From positions 108,550 to 172,549 of the forward strand of contig JAZNER010000046.1 of assembly GCA_045588675.1 (NCBI GenBank): a stretch of DNA of 64,000 nt. The letters run 5' to 3'. This document shows positions 8,470 to 18,555 of this stretch, in pieces. This DNA comes from Eubacteriales bacterium. GTDB lineage: Bacteria; Bacillota; Clostridia; Oscillospirales; CAG-272. How positions within the stretch are numbered: position 1 is the first letter of the stretch; each line of letters begins with the position of its first letter. Both the position numbers and the translations under genes were made by a program. The notes under the pieces were generated by a model that saw only the letters and a program-made list of their open reading frames with translations, was not told the origin of the DNA and ran no database searches.

Positions 8470-10326
8470 ATGAATGAAAAACTTAACTCGATTTTAAAAC
8501 AGGTTTCAAAGCCCGGACGATATTCGGGCGGAGAATACGGGCAAATAATTAAAGATAAATCAAAAATAAAAGCGAGATTTGCTTTTGCTTTTCCCGATAC
8601 ATACGAAATCGGTATGTCAAACCTTGGCGTAAGAATTCTGTATGAGTGCTTAAATCGCGAGGACGATATTTGGTGCGAAAGGGTCTATAATCCTTGGGTA
8701 GATATGCAGGAAAAAATGAAGGAGTACAACCTTCCTCTGTGGGCGCATGAAAGCAAGGATGCCGTTTCTGACTTTGATTTTCTTGGCTTTACATTGCAAT
8801 ATGAAATGTCGTACACAAATGTGCTAAATATGCTCTCTCTCGCAGGTATGCCGTTACGCTCAGAGGATAGAGGCGAGGATTTCCCTATTGTTATAGGCGG
8901 CGGTCCTTGCGCGTATAATCCGGAGCCTGTTGCCGATTTCTTTGATTTATTCAATATAGGTGAGGGTGAGAGCCTTCTCGTCGAAATCGTCCGTCTTTAC
9001 ATTAAGATGAAGGATGAAGGCAGATATACGAAGGCAGAATTTTTGCACGAGGCAGCCAGAACAATTCCGGGTGTTTATGTTCCCTCTCTTTATACAGTTG
9101 AGTATAATTCAGACGGAATAATTAAGGCTTACACTCCCGTTTACGATGATATTCCAAGTAAAATCGTTAAAAGAATTGTCGAGGATTTGGATAAAGCACC
9201 ATTCCCCGATTATGCGATTATGCCCTATACAGAGGTAGTTCACGACAGAATTATGCTTGAGGTTTTCAGGGGCTGTATTCGCGGATGTCGCTTCTGTCAG
9301 GCGGGTATTATATATCGTCCCGTGAGAGAGAAAACGCCTGATGTTCTCAATGAACAGGCAAAGTGTATTTTCGAGAATACAGGGTATGAGGAGATTTCTT
9401 TAGCATCCCTTTCTATCAGCGATTACACGGGGTTACCCGCCCTTACAGACAAGCTGCTTGATTGGACGAAAGATAATATGGTCAGCTTTTCGCTACCCTC
9501 CCTCAGAGTTGATAGCTTTACCAAGGAGCTTATGGAAAAGGTCGCTTCGGTCAGAGCCTCTTCGCTTACCTTTGCTCCGGAGGCCGGAACTCAACGTTTA
9601 AGAAATGTTATCAATAAAAATGTTTTTGAGGACGACCTTATGAGAGCGGTAAATGTCGCTTTTGATGCAGGCAAAACTCAGGTTAAGCTCTATTTTATGC
9701 AGGGGCTTCCTACCGAAACAGAGGAGGATTTGCGAGGTATTCCGGAGCTTGCCAAAAAGGTTATTGAGGCATTTTATGCGAACCCCAACCGAAATCGCGC
9801 AAAATCTCCGCAGGTTACATTCAGTGTTTCCCCGTTTATACCAAAGCCCTTCACACCCTTTCAATGGGAAGCTCAGGACACACTTGAAACAATTAAGGAA
9901 AAGCAAGCGTTTATTGGAAATTGCGTAACAGACCGTAAAATCAAATATCAGCACCACGAGGCCGAGATTTGTCGCATTGAGGCGGTCTTGGCGAGAGGTG
10001 ACAGAAGACTTTGCAAGGCTTTGGAGCTTGCGGCTGCCGAAAGCTTCAAATTCGACGCGTGGAGCGAGTTCTTTGATTACGATAAGTGGATATCTGTATT
10101 TGAAAAAAGCGGCATAGACCCGTCATTTTACGCCAACAGACAGTATTCGTATGATGAGGTGCTTCCTTGGGATATTATCGACTGCGGTGTAACAAAGGAA
10201 TTTTTGCTTCGAGAGGCTAAAAAGGCTCACGAAGAGGAAACAACGCCTAATTGCCGCTTGACCTGCTCAGGTTGCGGTGCCAATAAGCTTGGAGGTGAGA
10301 GAACATGCTGTCCGAAAAAGAAATAA
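8470..10326 (+). CDS. B12-binding-domain radical SAM protein (TIGR03960-like)
   Basis: CxxxCxxC radical SAM cluster motif (FRGCIRGCRFCQAG). About 620 aa with a Cys-rich C-terminus. Start is ambiguous (GTG 8461 or ATG 8470). Confidence 0.8.
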   Translation: MNEKLNSILKQVSKPGRYSGGEYGQIIKDKSKIKARFAFAFPDTYEIGMSNLGVRILYECLNREDDIWCERVYNPWVDMQEKMKEYNLPLWAHESKDAVSDFDFLGFTLQYEMSYTNVLNMLSLAGMPLRSEDRGEDFPIVIGGGPCAYNPEPVADFFDLFNIGEGESLLVEIVRLYIKMKDEGRYTKAEFLHEAARTIPGVYVPSLYTVEYNSDGIIKAYTPVYDDIPSKIVKRIVEDLDKAPFPDYAIMPYTEVVHDRIMLEVFRGCIRGCRFCQAGIIYRPVREKTPDVLNEQAKCIFENTGYEEISLASLSISDYTGLPALTDKLLDWTKDNMVSFSLPSLRVDSFTKELMEKVASVRASSLTFAPEAGTQRLRNVINKNVFEDDLMRAVNVAFDAGKTQVKLYFMQGLPTETEEDLRGIPELAKKVIEAFYANPNRNRAKSPQVTFSVSPFIPKPFTPFQWEAQDTLETIKEKQAFIGNCVTDRKIKYQHHEAEICRIEAVLARGDRRLCKALELAAAESFKFDAWSEFFDYDKWISVFEKSGIDPSFYANRQYSYDEVLPWDIIDCGVTKEFLLREAKKAHEEETTPNCRLTCSGCGANKLGGERTCCPKKK

Positions 10327-11036
10327 TTCCAGGTGAGAAAAAGCTGTCGCGTCCCTTGCTTGAAACCCCTGTTACAGTAAGAATTAAATTCTGCAAAAAA
10401 GGAAATTTGCAGTTTATTTCACATCTTGACTTACAAAGAACATTTCATAGGGTTCTTGTAAGGGCCAATATCCCTATGTGGTACACGAAGGGCTTTAATC
10501 CTCACGCGAAGCTTGTTTTCGGAGTTCCACTGTCGGTTGGAACAGAAAGTAATTGCGAAATGGCGGATTTAAAGATTGAGCGACAAATAAGCCTTGAGGA
10601 TATTAAAAATCAGTTGAATGAACAGCTGACGGATGAAATGTATATTCTTGATGCTTATTATCCAACAACTAAATTTTCCGATATAGCCTTTGCAGATTAT
10701 ACAATCACTTTAAAATCACCTAAAATCAAGCCGAATGATGAAAAAGCAATAGCTGAGCTCTTTGCTTCCCCGATTATGATGAGCAAAAAATCGAAATCTG
10801 GAGAAAAAGAGGTTGATATTACAAGCTTTATAAAGAAAATGTCAATAAGCGCTGAAGATGGGATTATGACGATCAATACAGTTTTGTCAGCAGGAAGCAC
10901 CGAAAATTTAAATCCCGAATATATTGTTACGGCTATAAAAAACAATCTCGATTTCTTTAAAGCAAATCCCGCCCACGAAAGCTATCGTATAATGAGAAAC
11001 TGTGTTTATGACAAGCACTTAATTGTTTTCAGATAA
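10305..11036 (+). CDS. radical-SAM-associated protein (TIGR03936/DUF2344-like)
   Basis: 243 aa. ATG is preceded by ggaggtg and overlaps the upstream gene by 22 nt in another frame. RIKFCKKGNLQFISHLDL is typical of the DUF2344 partner as I recall it. Confidence 0.7.
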   Translation: MLSEKEIIPGEKKLSRPLLETPVTVRIKFCKKGNLQFISHLDLQRTFHRVLVRANIPMWYTKGFNPHAKLVFGVPLSVGTESNCEMADLKIERQISLEDIKNQLNEQLTDEMYILDAYYPTTKFSDIAFADYTITLKSPKIKPNDEKAIAELFASPIMMSKKSKSGEKEVDITSFIKKMSISAEDGIMTINTVLSAGSTENLNPEYIVTAIKNNLDFFKANPAHESYRIMRNCVYDKHLIVFR

Positions 11037-11184
11037 TTGTGGTCATATTAAACAAATTTCGACTTTATTTATGTACAATCATACAAAAATTTAAATGTAT
11101 GGAAAAAAGGTTTGCAATTTCTGATTATTTATGATAAAATATATAGGTAAATTATACGGATAAACAATTTTAGGAGGAAAAATT

Positions 11185-11604
11185 ATGGCAATCAAAATGA
11201 GAGTTCTTTGCTACCCCGAGAAAAAGAAGCTTCTTGCAATTGCGAATATGATCAAGGCTGAATATGAGCTTAATGTTAACGCAGTTGACAGAATTCCGCC
11301 CGCATATTCTTGTGACAAGGAGAGACTTGTTATTCTTGCAACCAACATTAAGGGAAATCTGCCTGATGATTACAGACTCTTTGTTAGAGAGCTTACAAAG
11401 GCAAGAGCCGCAAATGTTGCTATTATCGCCGCCGGTGACGATGCTTGCGTTGAAAAGACAAAGGCGCTCCTTGGCGAAGCAGGAACAAATATTGTTGGAG
11501 ATGTAAAGAAGATTAAAATGGGTCTTTTTGACTCCAAGGTAAGTGATGCCGAGAAAGACGAAATTCTCGCGTGGGTCAAGTCAACCGTTGAATCGCTTAA
11601 CTAA
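11185..11604 (+). CDS. hypothetical protein (possible flavodoxin-like fold)
   Basis: 139 aa with a strong RBS (aggagga). No motif I can assign; the alternating beta/alpha pattern is only suggestive. Confidence 0.6.
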   Translation: MAIKMRVLCYPEKKKLLAIANMIKAEYELNVNAVDRIPPAYSCDKERLVILATNIKGNLPDDYRLFVRELTKARAANVAIIAAGDDACVEKTKALLGEAGTNIVGDVKKIKMGLFDSKVSDAEKDEILAWVKSTVESLN

Positions 11605-11616
11605 TTTTATCTACAT

Positions 11617-11657
11617 AAAAAAATGGCTGTATGCTATTATGCATACAGCCATTTTTT
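11617..11657. terminator. bidirectional intrinsic terminator
   Basis: Stem atggctgtatgc / gcatacagccat flanked by an A-run and a T-run. Confidence 0.85.
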
Positions 11658-11660
11658 AGC

Positions 11661-11696
11661 AAAGCCCACGAGAAGTTTAATCTCGTGGGCAATTTT
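11661..11696 (-). terminator. intrinsic terminator after prs
   Basis: Stem gcccacgag / ctcgtgggc directly 3' of the prs stop on the minus strand. Confidence 0.6.
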
Positions 11697-11698
11697 AA

Positions 11699-12853
11699 TT
11701 ATTCATGATCAAAGGCTATCTTTATTTGACCTTGTTTATCGAGCTCTGCTTTATGCTTTGCCATGATTGCATTAATTCTCTTGGCGGGGTCAAGAAGCTC
11801 GCTGATCGTAGCATCGTGATTAAGCGTGTCAACAAGATAAGCAACATATTTGCACATATTAACATTGACATGCCAAGGTTTTTCAAGAAGACCGGGACGG
11901 CGATAAACCAAGTTTGTTGTGAATACCTTTGAAATAATTCCATCCTCATAAGCCTTATCAAATTTGTCAAATCCGTCTGTGAAAAGACCGAAGGTCGAGA
12001 AAGCAAATATTCTCTTAGCTCCTCTGTCCTTGAGCTGTTTACAAACATCAAGCATAGATTCACCGGAGGAAATCATATCGTCAACGACGATTGCATCCTT
12101 TCCCGTGAGGTCCTGACCGAGATATTCGTGTGCTTCAATAGGATTCTTACCGTTAACTATAATTGAGTAGTTGCGGCGCTTGTAGAACATACCAACATCA
12201 ACGCCAAGCATTGAAGAGTAATGGATAGCTCTGCCCATTGCTCCCTCGTCGGGAGAAATCATCATAAGGCTTTCTTTATCAATAATAATGTCAGGAACAG
12301 TTTTAATGAGGGCTTTAATCATCTGATATGAAGGCTGCACATTATCAAATCCGTGAAGAGGAATTGCATTGCAAACTCTTGCGTCGTGAGCATCAAATGT
12401 GATAATATTGGAAATGCCCATATTAACAAGCTCTTGAAGCATAAGCGCGCAGTCAAGTGATTCACGCGTTGAGCGCTTGTGTTGTCTTCCCTCGTAAAGC
12501 ATTGGCATAATGACTGTGATTCTGCGGGCTTTACCTGCGATAGCGGCAATAATTCTCTTTAAGTCTGCATAATGGTCATCAGGACTCATTGGTACTGTCT
12601 GGCAGTGCATACGGTAGGTCACACCATAGTTGAAAACATCGCAAATGATGTAAACATCCTGTCCGCGCATTGATTGGTGAATAAGTCCCTTGCCCTCACC
12701 CGTACCAAATCTTGGGCAGATTGTTTCAACGAGATACGTGTCCTCGCTTGTATGTCTGCGCCATTCCTTGAGATAATTGTCAACCTGCTCTGCGAAGTCT
12801 TCACAGCCTCTCATTCCTATTACGCTCAATTCGGCAATTTGTGCGTCCTTCAT
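11699..12853 (-). CDS. prs: ribose-phosphate pyrophosphokinase (long form)
   Basis: 384 aa. PRPP-binding loop VVDDMISSGES, plus ISPDEGAMGRA and KRR motifs. RBS ggagga. Confidence 0.8.
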   Translation of the reverse strand: MKDAQIAELSVIGMRGCEDFAEQVDNYLKEWRRHTSEDTYLVETICPRFGTGEGKGLIHQSMRGQDVYIICDVFNYGVTYRMHCQTVPMSPDDHYADLKRIIAAIAGKARRITVIMPMLYEGRQHKRSTRESLDCALMLQELVNMGISNIITFDAHDARVCNAIPLHGFDNVQPSYQMIKALIKTVPDIIIDKESLMMISPDEGAMGRAIHYSSMLGVDVGMFYKRRNYSIIVNGKNPIEAHEYLGQDLTGKDAIVVDDMISSGESMLDVCKQLKDRGAKRIFAFSTFGLFTDGFDKFDKAYEDGIISKVFTTNLVYRRPGLLEKPWHVNVNMCKYVAYLVDTLNHDATISELLDPAKRINAIMAKHKAELDKQGQIKIAFDHE

Positions 12854-12940
12854 CTTTAAAATCCTCCGAATAATTTATTTGTACTTTATGGAGGAATATC
12901 CGATATTTTTTATTGTTCAGATATTCCGCGTTTAGATAAA

Positions 12941-14422
12941 TCAAAAAATGTTTGCAATCTTACAGAATTTTTCGTAAGCATTATCCCACACGCCTCTATC
13001 ATTGGTAGGTTCATAATGCTTAAGCTCAAAGGAGTTAGCAACAACCTCTCTTGCTTGTGACAAGTCCTTGACCTCGCCTGCAGCAATTGCCTGCATCATA
13101 AGGTTACCTATTGCGGTTGCTTCCTCAGGTCCTGCACAAACAGGAATACCACAAGCATCTGCAGTCATTTGCGAGAGGAATTTGTCCTTTGTTCCACCAC
13201 CTACGACGTTAATCATAGATGTCTTTTTATTCATAAGCTTTTCTATCGTTTCAACGGTATATCTGTATTTGAGTGCCAAGGATTCATAAATGCAACGAAC
13301 AACTTCACCGACGCTTTCAGGAACATGCTGACCTGTTATGCGGCAAAATTCTCTGATTTTCTCAGGCATATTTCCGGGAGTGTTGAAGGTATGGTAATCG
13401 GGATTGATGATTGAAGCAAACGGTGTTGCTTCCTTTGCCCAAGCTTCCATTTGAGCAAAGCTGTATTCATTACCCTCTCGCTTCCACTGTCTTCTTGACT
13501 CTTGGATAATCCAAAGTCCCATAATGTTTTTGAGGAAACGGATAGTATCCATCGCGCCGCCTTCATTTGTGAAGTTAGCTTGCATAGTTTCTTCGCTGAT
13601 ATGAGGCTCGGGAAGCTCCGCGCCCATAAGCGACCAAGTTCCGCTGGATATGTAAATAAAGTCTTTCTTTTGTGTGGGAACCGCAATAACTGCACTTGCT
13701 GTATCGTGAGAAGCAACATTGACAACCTTGATATTATTCTTGCCAACCTCCTCATTGATTTGAGGGAGAAGTGTGCCGAGATTGTTGCAGGGCTTAACAA
13801 GAGGAGCGAAAAGTGAGCGATTAACACCGATTTTGTCAGTTAAATCAAATGCAAAATCTTTCTTATTTGCATCGAGAATCATACCGGTTGACGCTATTGT
13901 ATATTCTGTTGCCATCTTACCTGTTAGAAAATAGTTCAAAAGGTCAGGTATGAAAAGCATTTTGTCAGCTCTGTCAAGCATTTCGGGGTCGTCGCGTCTA
14001 TCAGCGGCAAGCTGATTGAGCGTATTGAAATCCGCTGCCTGAATACCTGTAACTCTATAAATTTCTTCGGGAGAAACAAAATTCTTTACATAGTCGGTAA
14101 TATTTACTGTTCTGGTGTCACGGTAATGATAAGGGTTAGACATCATTTTGCCGTTTTTATCAATAAGAGCATAGTCAACTCCCCAGGTGTCAATACCGAC
14201 AGAAGTTACATTGTCGCCCTCGATAACTGTTTTTGTGATTGAATTTTTAATTTCAAAGAATATTCTTAAAATATCCCAAGTAAATCTTCCGTTTACGAAA
14301 ACGGGGTCGTTTGAAAAGCGGTGATTTTCACGAAGCGTTAATTTGCTTCCGTCAAATGAGCCAACAATGCCTCTGCCACTGGAAGCACCAAGGTCTATGG
14401 CTAGCATTTTTAGTTCTGACAT
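12941..14422 (-). CDS. rhaB: rhamnulokinase / FGGY-family sugar kinase
   Basis: 493 aa. FGGY N-terminal motif AIDLGASSGR, also GIDTWGVDY. Overall RhaB-like. No rhaA/rhaD neighbours. Confidence 0.7.
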   Translation of the reverse strand: MSELKMLAIDLGASSGRGIVGSFDGSKLTLRENHRFSNDPVFVNGRFTWDILRIFFEIKNSITKTVIEGDNVTSVGIDTWGVDYALIDKNGKMMSNPYHYRDTRTVNITDYVKNFVSPEEIYRVTGIQAADFNTLNQLAADRRDDPEMLDRADKMLFIPDLLNYFLTGKMATEYTIASTGMILDANKKDFAFDLTDKIGVNRSLFAPLVKPCNNLGTLLPQINEEVGKNNIKVVNVASHDTASAVIAVPTQKKDFIYISSGTWSLMGAELPEPHISEETMQANFTNEGGAMDTIRFLKNIMGLWIIQESRRQWKREGNEYSFAQMEAWAKEATPFASIINPDYHTFNTPGNMPEKIREFCRITGQHVPESVGEVVRCIYESLALKYRYTVETIEKLMNKKTSMINVVGGGTKDKFLSQMTADACGIPVCAGPEEATAIGNLMMQAIAAGEVKDLSQAREVVANSFELKHYEPTNDRGVWDNAYEKFCKIANIF

Positions 14423-14669
14423 AAATACCTCCGTAATGATTTTATATTAGTAATAATACTACATCATAAATTATAGCATATTTCGCTCTGATTTGTTTGA
14501 ACATTTTGTTAACATAAGCTTTCTTTTACAAATAATCTTAATAAAAATCTAAATTCGACATCATTCACTTTTTTTAGTTTGATTCATAAAATGTAATAAG
14601 TCACAATAATGTGGCGAATTGTTTTTTATATCTATTTTACATTGCCTTGCGGTGTATGAAAGGATTATT

Positions 14670-15596
14670 ATGGATAAGAATTCAAAACAATATACATTTG
14701 CCGTTTTGGGCGGAGATAAACGGCAAGCAATTATTGCTGAAAGGCTGCTTTTATCAAATCACAAGGTAAAGCTATTTGGGCTTGGAGAGGTTGGTCAATC
14801 AATATCCGGAGCTGAGATTTGCTCGGATGTGAGCCTTGCTGTATCAGGAAGCGATTTTTTACTTCTTCCCTTGCCTGTTTCAAGAGATAAAATCAATTTG
14901 AATTTATCAAGTGATTGCACACAGTCACAGATAAAGCTCGCAGATATTATTTTACTCGCATCGAGTAGCGGAGCTTCAGCAATTTTAGGCGGAATGATGA
15001 CTGATGAATTTGAACGGCTTGCTAGTATCAAGGGCATTTGTGCTTATGATTATTATAAAAGCGAAGAGCTGCAGCGCAAGAATGCTCTGCCAAGTGCCGA
15101 GGGAGCTTTAATGCTTGCAATGGAGCATACAGAGATAAATATTGATGGAATGAATGTCCTTGTTAGCGGATATGGAAAAATCGGAGCTTGCTTATCATTA
15201 ATTTTGAAAAAACTTGGCGCTAATGTAACAGTTGCGGCAAGACGTGATGAAAGCTTATGCGATGCCGCACTGTCGGGCTTAAAAACAGTAAAAATTGATA
15301 AATACAGTGATAATGAAGGCTTACGATATGCTTTTCAAACGAGCGATGTTGTTTTCAATACGATTCCAAGCATAGTTTTCAACGAAAAAATTGTCAGGTC
15401 CAAATTGACAAAGCCATTATACATTGAAATAGCGTCAAATCCCGGAGGAATTGACCGTTTTGCTGCTCGCGATGCGGGAGTAAATATCATAAACGCGCCG
15501 TCGTTACCCGGCAAATATGCTCCCATTAATGCTGGCGAATATATATTCGAAACTATTATGGATTTTCTTAAAAGTGAAGGCTATTTATCCTACTAA
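14670..15596 (+). CDS. dpaA: dipicolinate synthase subunit A
   Basis: ATG at 14670 follows RBS aaagga (ORF track starts upstream at 14619). FAVLGGDKRQ and Rossmann VSGYGKIGA are typical of SpoVFA. Confidence 0.85.
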   Translation: MDKNSKQYTFAVLGGDKRQAIIAERLLLSNHKVKLFGLGEVGQSISGAEICSDVSLAVSGSDFLLLPLPVSRDKINLNLSSDCTQSQIKLADIILLASSSGASAILGGMMTDEFERLASIKGICAYDYYKSEELQRKNALPSAEGALMLAMEHTEINIDGMNVLVSGYGKIGACLSLILKKLGANVTVAARRDESLCDAALSGLKTVKIDKYSDNEGLRYAFQTSDVVFNTIPSIVFNEKIVRSKLTKPLYIEIASNPGGIDRFAARDAGVNIINAPSLPGKYAPINAGEYIFETIMDFLKSEGYLSY

Positions 15597-15655
15597 ACAT
15601 TTTTAATATTTTGAAACAATTATATAAGTGCTTTCGTGGCACGAGAGGGATTTAT

Positions 15656-16216
15656 ATGATAGGTTATGCTATGTGTGGCTCTTTTTGCACCTTTGCCGAT
15701 TCTGTGGCGGTGCTTAAAGAGTTAAAGAATAAATATAGCGACATTATACCAATTATGAGCTTTAATGCCTACAACACGGATACAAGGTTTGGCAGAGCTT
15801 GTGATTGGATTGATGTTGTTGAGGATATTTGCGGCAAAAGAATTATAAACACGATAGACGAAGCCGAGCCGTTGGGACCCAAAATACATCTTGATGCTCT
15901 TGTCATATCGCCTTGCACGGGAAATACTTTGGCAAAGCTGGCAAACGGCATTACCGACACACCTGTGTGTATGGCTGCAAAAGCTCATCTGCGACAGGAT
16001 AGACCGTTGCTGATTGCGCTGGCAACCAATGATGCGATGTCGGCAAATCTTGGGAACCTGAGTCGTCTTTTGATGAGAAAAAGTGTCTATTTTGTTCCAA
16101 TGAAGCAGGATGAGCCTGTAAAAAAGCCTCATTCCTTGGTTTGTGATTTTTCTCTTATCCCGGAGGCTCTTGAAAAGAGCTTAAAGGGAGAGCAAATGCG
16201 CAAATTGTTCTTATAA
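15656..16216 (+). CDS. dpaB: dipicolinate synthase subunit B
   Basis: Flavoprotein-like GYAMCGSFCTF and ISPCTGNTLAKLANGITD. Sits directly after dpaA. ATG at 15656 has a gagaggg RBS. Confidence 0.85.
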   Translation: MIGYAMCGSFCTFADSVAVLKELKNKYSDIIPIMSFNAYNTDTRFGRACDWIDVVEDICGKRIINTIDEAEPLGPKIHLDALVISPCTGNTLAKLANGITDTPVCMAAKAHLRQDRPLLIALATNDAMSANLGNLSRLLMRKSVYFVPMKQDEPVKKPHSLVCDFSLIPEALEKSLKGEQMRKLFL

Positions 16217-16222
16217 TTTATG

Positions 16223-16259
16223 TAGGACTGTTATTTTAGCAGTCCTATTTTGTTGTTTT
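16223..16259 (+). terminator. intrinsic terminator after dpaB
   Basis: Stem taggactg / cagtccta followed by a T-rich run. Confidence 0.75.
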
Positions 16260-16263
16260 CCTG

Positions 16264-16292
16264 TTGACTTGTAGCGAATTGTGTGATATAAT
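16264..16292 (+). promoter_or_regulatory. sigma-A promoter (TTGACT-17-TATAAT, extended -10 TG)
   Basis: ttgact at 16264-16269, 17-nt spacer, tgatataat ending at 16292. Confidence 0.8.
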
Positions 16293-16334
16293 AAGAGTAC
16301 ATAATTGAATAAACACAGTTCATCTGAATTACAA

Positions 16335-16535
16335 GTAATTCGTTGTCGGGTATGATTTATATGCTCGGGGATAAGGAAATGCGGTCAGAATCCGCAGCAA
16401 CAGCCATTACCGTATTTAAAGGGTTAAAGCTTTATAAGTCGGAATGCTTATCGGACTGTGACCGATAAAGGTCTCTTGGGCAATGTGAGGAGATACGGAA
16501 ACGACAGCTTTCAAGCAGGGGAAGCTTTTTTGTTG
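16335..16535 (+). promoter_or_regulatory. cobalamin (B12) riboswitch, probable
   Basis: ggggataaggaaatgcggtcagaatccgcagcaacagccattaccgta and aagtcggaatgc resemble the conserved core and B12 box. Followed by the hairpin agctt..aagct plus a T-run. Downstream genes are typical B12-regulon genes. Confidence 0.7.
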
Positions 16536-16536
16536 C

Positions 16537-16565
16537 GCACTCACAGGAGAGTGCTTTTATTTTTA
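16537..16565 (+). terminator. intrinsic terminator (riboswitch expression platform or second terminator)
   Basis: Stem gcactc / gagtgc followed by ttttattttta. Confidence 0.7.
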
Positions 16566-16601
16566 TCCTTTTATGCAATATACATATGAAAGGAATAATA
16601 T

Positions 16602-17015
16602 ATGAAAAAATTCAGCTTAAAACTATTATCAATTTTATGTGCTCTTGTGCTTTTAATTTCGGTTGTATCCTGCAATAAGACAGAAGCTTCTACAGGTCTG
16701 TGGGAGAATGCGACCTACAAATCAAGTACAGAAATCGGAAATGGCAGTAAATCTATTGAGATTGAAATTGTCATAGACGCTGATTCTATTGTTTTGGAAA
16801 TAAACACCGACAAGGAGAATGTGGGAGAGGCTCTGTTTGAACTTGGTCTTATTAATGATGCCTCATTTTTTGACACCTTGAACGGAATAAAGGCGGACTG
16901 GGCGAAGGATAAAGCATATTGGGGATTTTACCTTGAAAATGAAATGCTTCCTTACGGTGTATCTGATGCTAAAATAAACGGCGGCGAGCATTACAGGTTT
17001 GTTTACACAAAATGA
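16602..17015 (+). CDS. DUF4430-like lipoprotein (putative corrinoid-binding)
   Basis: 137 aa. Lipobox LISVVSC. Family call is from memory plus the B12 riboswitch context. Confidence 0.65.
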   Translation: MKKFSLKLLSILCALVLLISVVSCNKTEASTGLWENATYKSSTEIGNGSKSIEIEIVIDADSIVLEINTDKENVGEALFELGLINDASFFDTLNGIKADWAKDKAYWGFYLENEMLPYGVSDAKINGGEHYRFVYTK

Positions 17016-17016
17016 T

Positions 17017-17547
17017 ATGGCAAACAAATTTAATTATTCTCGCAGAGTGCGCGAAATATGCATTTTTGCAATGCTCGGTGCGCTTATGTTTTGCTCAAAG
17101 GTTATTATGGAGGTATTGCCTAACATTCACCTGCTTGGAATGTTGACAATGGTCTACACCCTCACATTCAGAAAAAAGGCTTTGATACCGATATACATTT
17201 ATGTTTTTTTGAACGGACTTTATGCAGGCTTTGATGTATGGTGGATTCCGTATCTGTATATATGGACGGTTTTGTGGGGAGTTACCATGCTTTTGCCTAA
17301 GAATATGCCTCGTGCAATTGGATATATAGTTTATCCAATCGTCTGTTCAATTCACGGATTTTTATTTGGAATACTTTATGCACCCGCACAGGCTCTGTTT
17401 TTTAATTTGAATTTTGCAGAAACATTAGCTTGGATAGGCTTTGGTGCTTGGTTCGATGCGTTACACGGCGTAAGCAACCTGTGTGCAGGGCTTTTGATTG
17501 TGCCCTTTACCTCGCTTTTGCAAAAGCTAAGTAAAAAATATTTATAA
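17017..17547 (+). CDS. ECF-transporter S-component-like membrane protein (CbrT-like by context)
   Basis: About 176 aa, 5-6 TM. The ATG at 17017 abuts the upstream stop. Sits downstream of the B12 riboswitch. No EcfA/EcfT nearby. Confidence 0.6.
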   Translation: MANKFNYSRRVREICIFAMLGALMFCSKVIMEVLPNIHLLGMLTMVYTLTFRKKALIPIYIYVFLNGLYAGFDVWWIPYLYIWTVLWGVTMLLPKNMPRAIGYIVYPIVCSIHGFLFGILYAPAQALFFNLNFAETLAWIGFGAWFDALHGVSNLCAGLLIVPFTSLLQKLSKKYL

Positions 17548-17550
17548 AAT

Positions 17551-17630
17551 ATAACCACCCGTTTGATATGCATCTCCAAAAGCGTCTGACTTTTGGGGTT
17601 CACTTCACTTGACGGGTGGTTATGATTTTT
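17551..17630. terminator. long bidirectional terminator hairpin between convergent genes
   Basis: ataaccacccgt (17551-17562) pairs with acgggtggttat (17612-17623). Inner hairpin ccaaaag / cttttgg. Confidence 0.7.
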
Positions 17631-17635
17631 TGTGT

Positions 17636-18514
17636 TTATTGTAAATCTTCAGGTTTGAATTTGTATTTTGAATTGCAAAATCTACATTCAATTTCAAGCT
17701 CTTCAGGCTTTCCCTCTGCTATTTGCTCGTCAAAGAGCTTTCTCAAATCCTTTTCGCCAATTGATTTTAAAGCTTTTTTCATTCGCTCGCGTGAGCAGGT
17801 ACAAAGATATTCGGTATCAATGACATCAAACAAATCGTACTCAATTCCCTGCAAGGCAAGGGCTGCGATTTCCTCGTTAGTCATTCCCTTCTCGAATAAT
17901 CTTGATACATTTGCTAAAAGCGGAACATTCTGCTCGATTTTAGTGACTGTTTCATCATCTGCAAAGGGCAAAAGCTGAATAATGACACCGCCTGCCGCCT
18001 TACAGCTTAAATCGGTATCAACGAGCACTCCAAGCGCACAAACGGTGGGTACTTGCTCGCTGTTTGCATAGTATGCGGTAATATCCTCTGCTATTTCGCC
18101 CGAAACAAGCTCGATTGAGCCATTGTAGGGCTCACTTGAGCCCATATCCTTAATAATGTTCAAGAAGCCTCTACCGACTGCGCCGCTTACATCAAGCTTA
18201 CCGTTAGATTTTAAAGGAATTTCAACATTAGGGTTCTGTATATATCCCCGTACATTGCCAATGTAATCGCTGACAGCCAAAACTCTGCCTGCGGGTCCGT
18301 CGCCATTGAGCGAAACCGTGATAGTGTCTTCCTTGTCACCAAGCATACAGCCCATCATTGACGTAACTGTTAAAAGTCTGCCGAGTGTCGCTGTTGCAGT
18401 AGCCGAGGTGTTATGATACTCGATTGCCCTATTTACTATGTCAGTAGAGTTAATTACATGAATTCTTGCGCTTCCGTCACTTGTCATTCCGCGCAAAATT
18501 TGAGATTTTGCCAT
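17636..18514 (-). CDS. hslO: redox-regulated chaperone Hsp33
   Basis: C-terminal zinc centre CTCS...CRFCNSKY. Start chosen at ATG 18514 (RBS ggaagga) rather than the 18595 ORF-track start, which overlaps the upstream gene. Confidence 0.85.
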   Translation of the reverse strand: MAKSQILRGMTSDGSARIHVINSTDIVNRAIEYHNTSATATATLGRLLTVTSMMGCMLGDKEDTITVSLNGDGPAGRVLAVSDYIGNVRGYIQNPNVEIPLKSNGKLDVSGAVGRGFLNIIKDMGSSEPYNGSIELVSGEIAEDITAYYANSEQVPTVCALGVLVDTDLSCKAAGGVIIQLLPFADDETVTKIEQNVPLLANVSRLFEKGMTNEEIAALALQGIEYDLFDVIDTEYLCTCSRERMKKALKSIGEKDLRKLFDEQIAEGKPEELEIECRFCNSKYKFKPEDLQ

Positions 18515-18555
18515 TTTATAGTTCCTTCCGTTTGCAGTTTTCGTCAGTTGACTGT

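Noticed and set aside
10305-10326. Overlap between the radical SAM gene and its partner as evidence of a pseudogene or frameshift
   Set aside because: The downstream ATG has a strong RBS and both ORFs are full length. A sequencing frameshift cannot be excluded without reads, but nothing in the sequence requires one.
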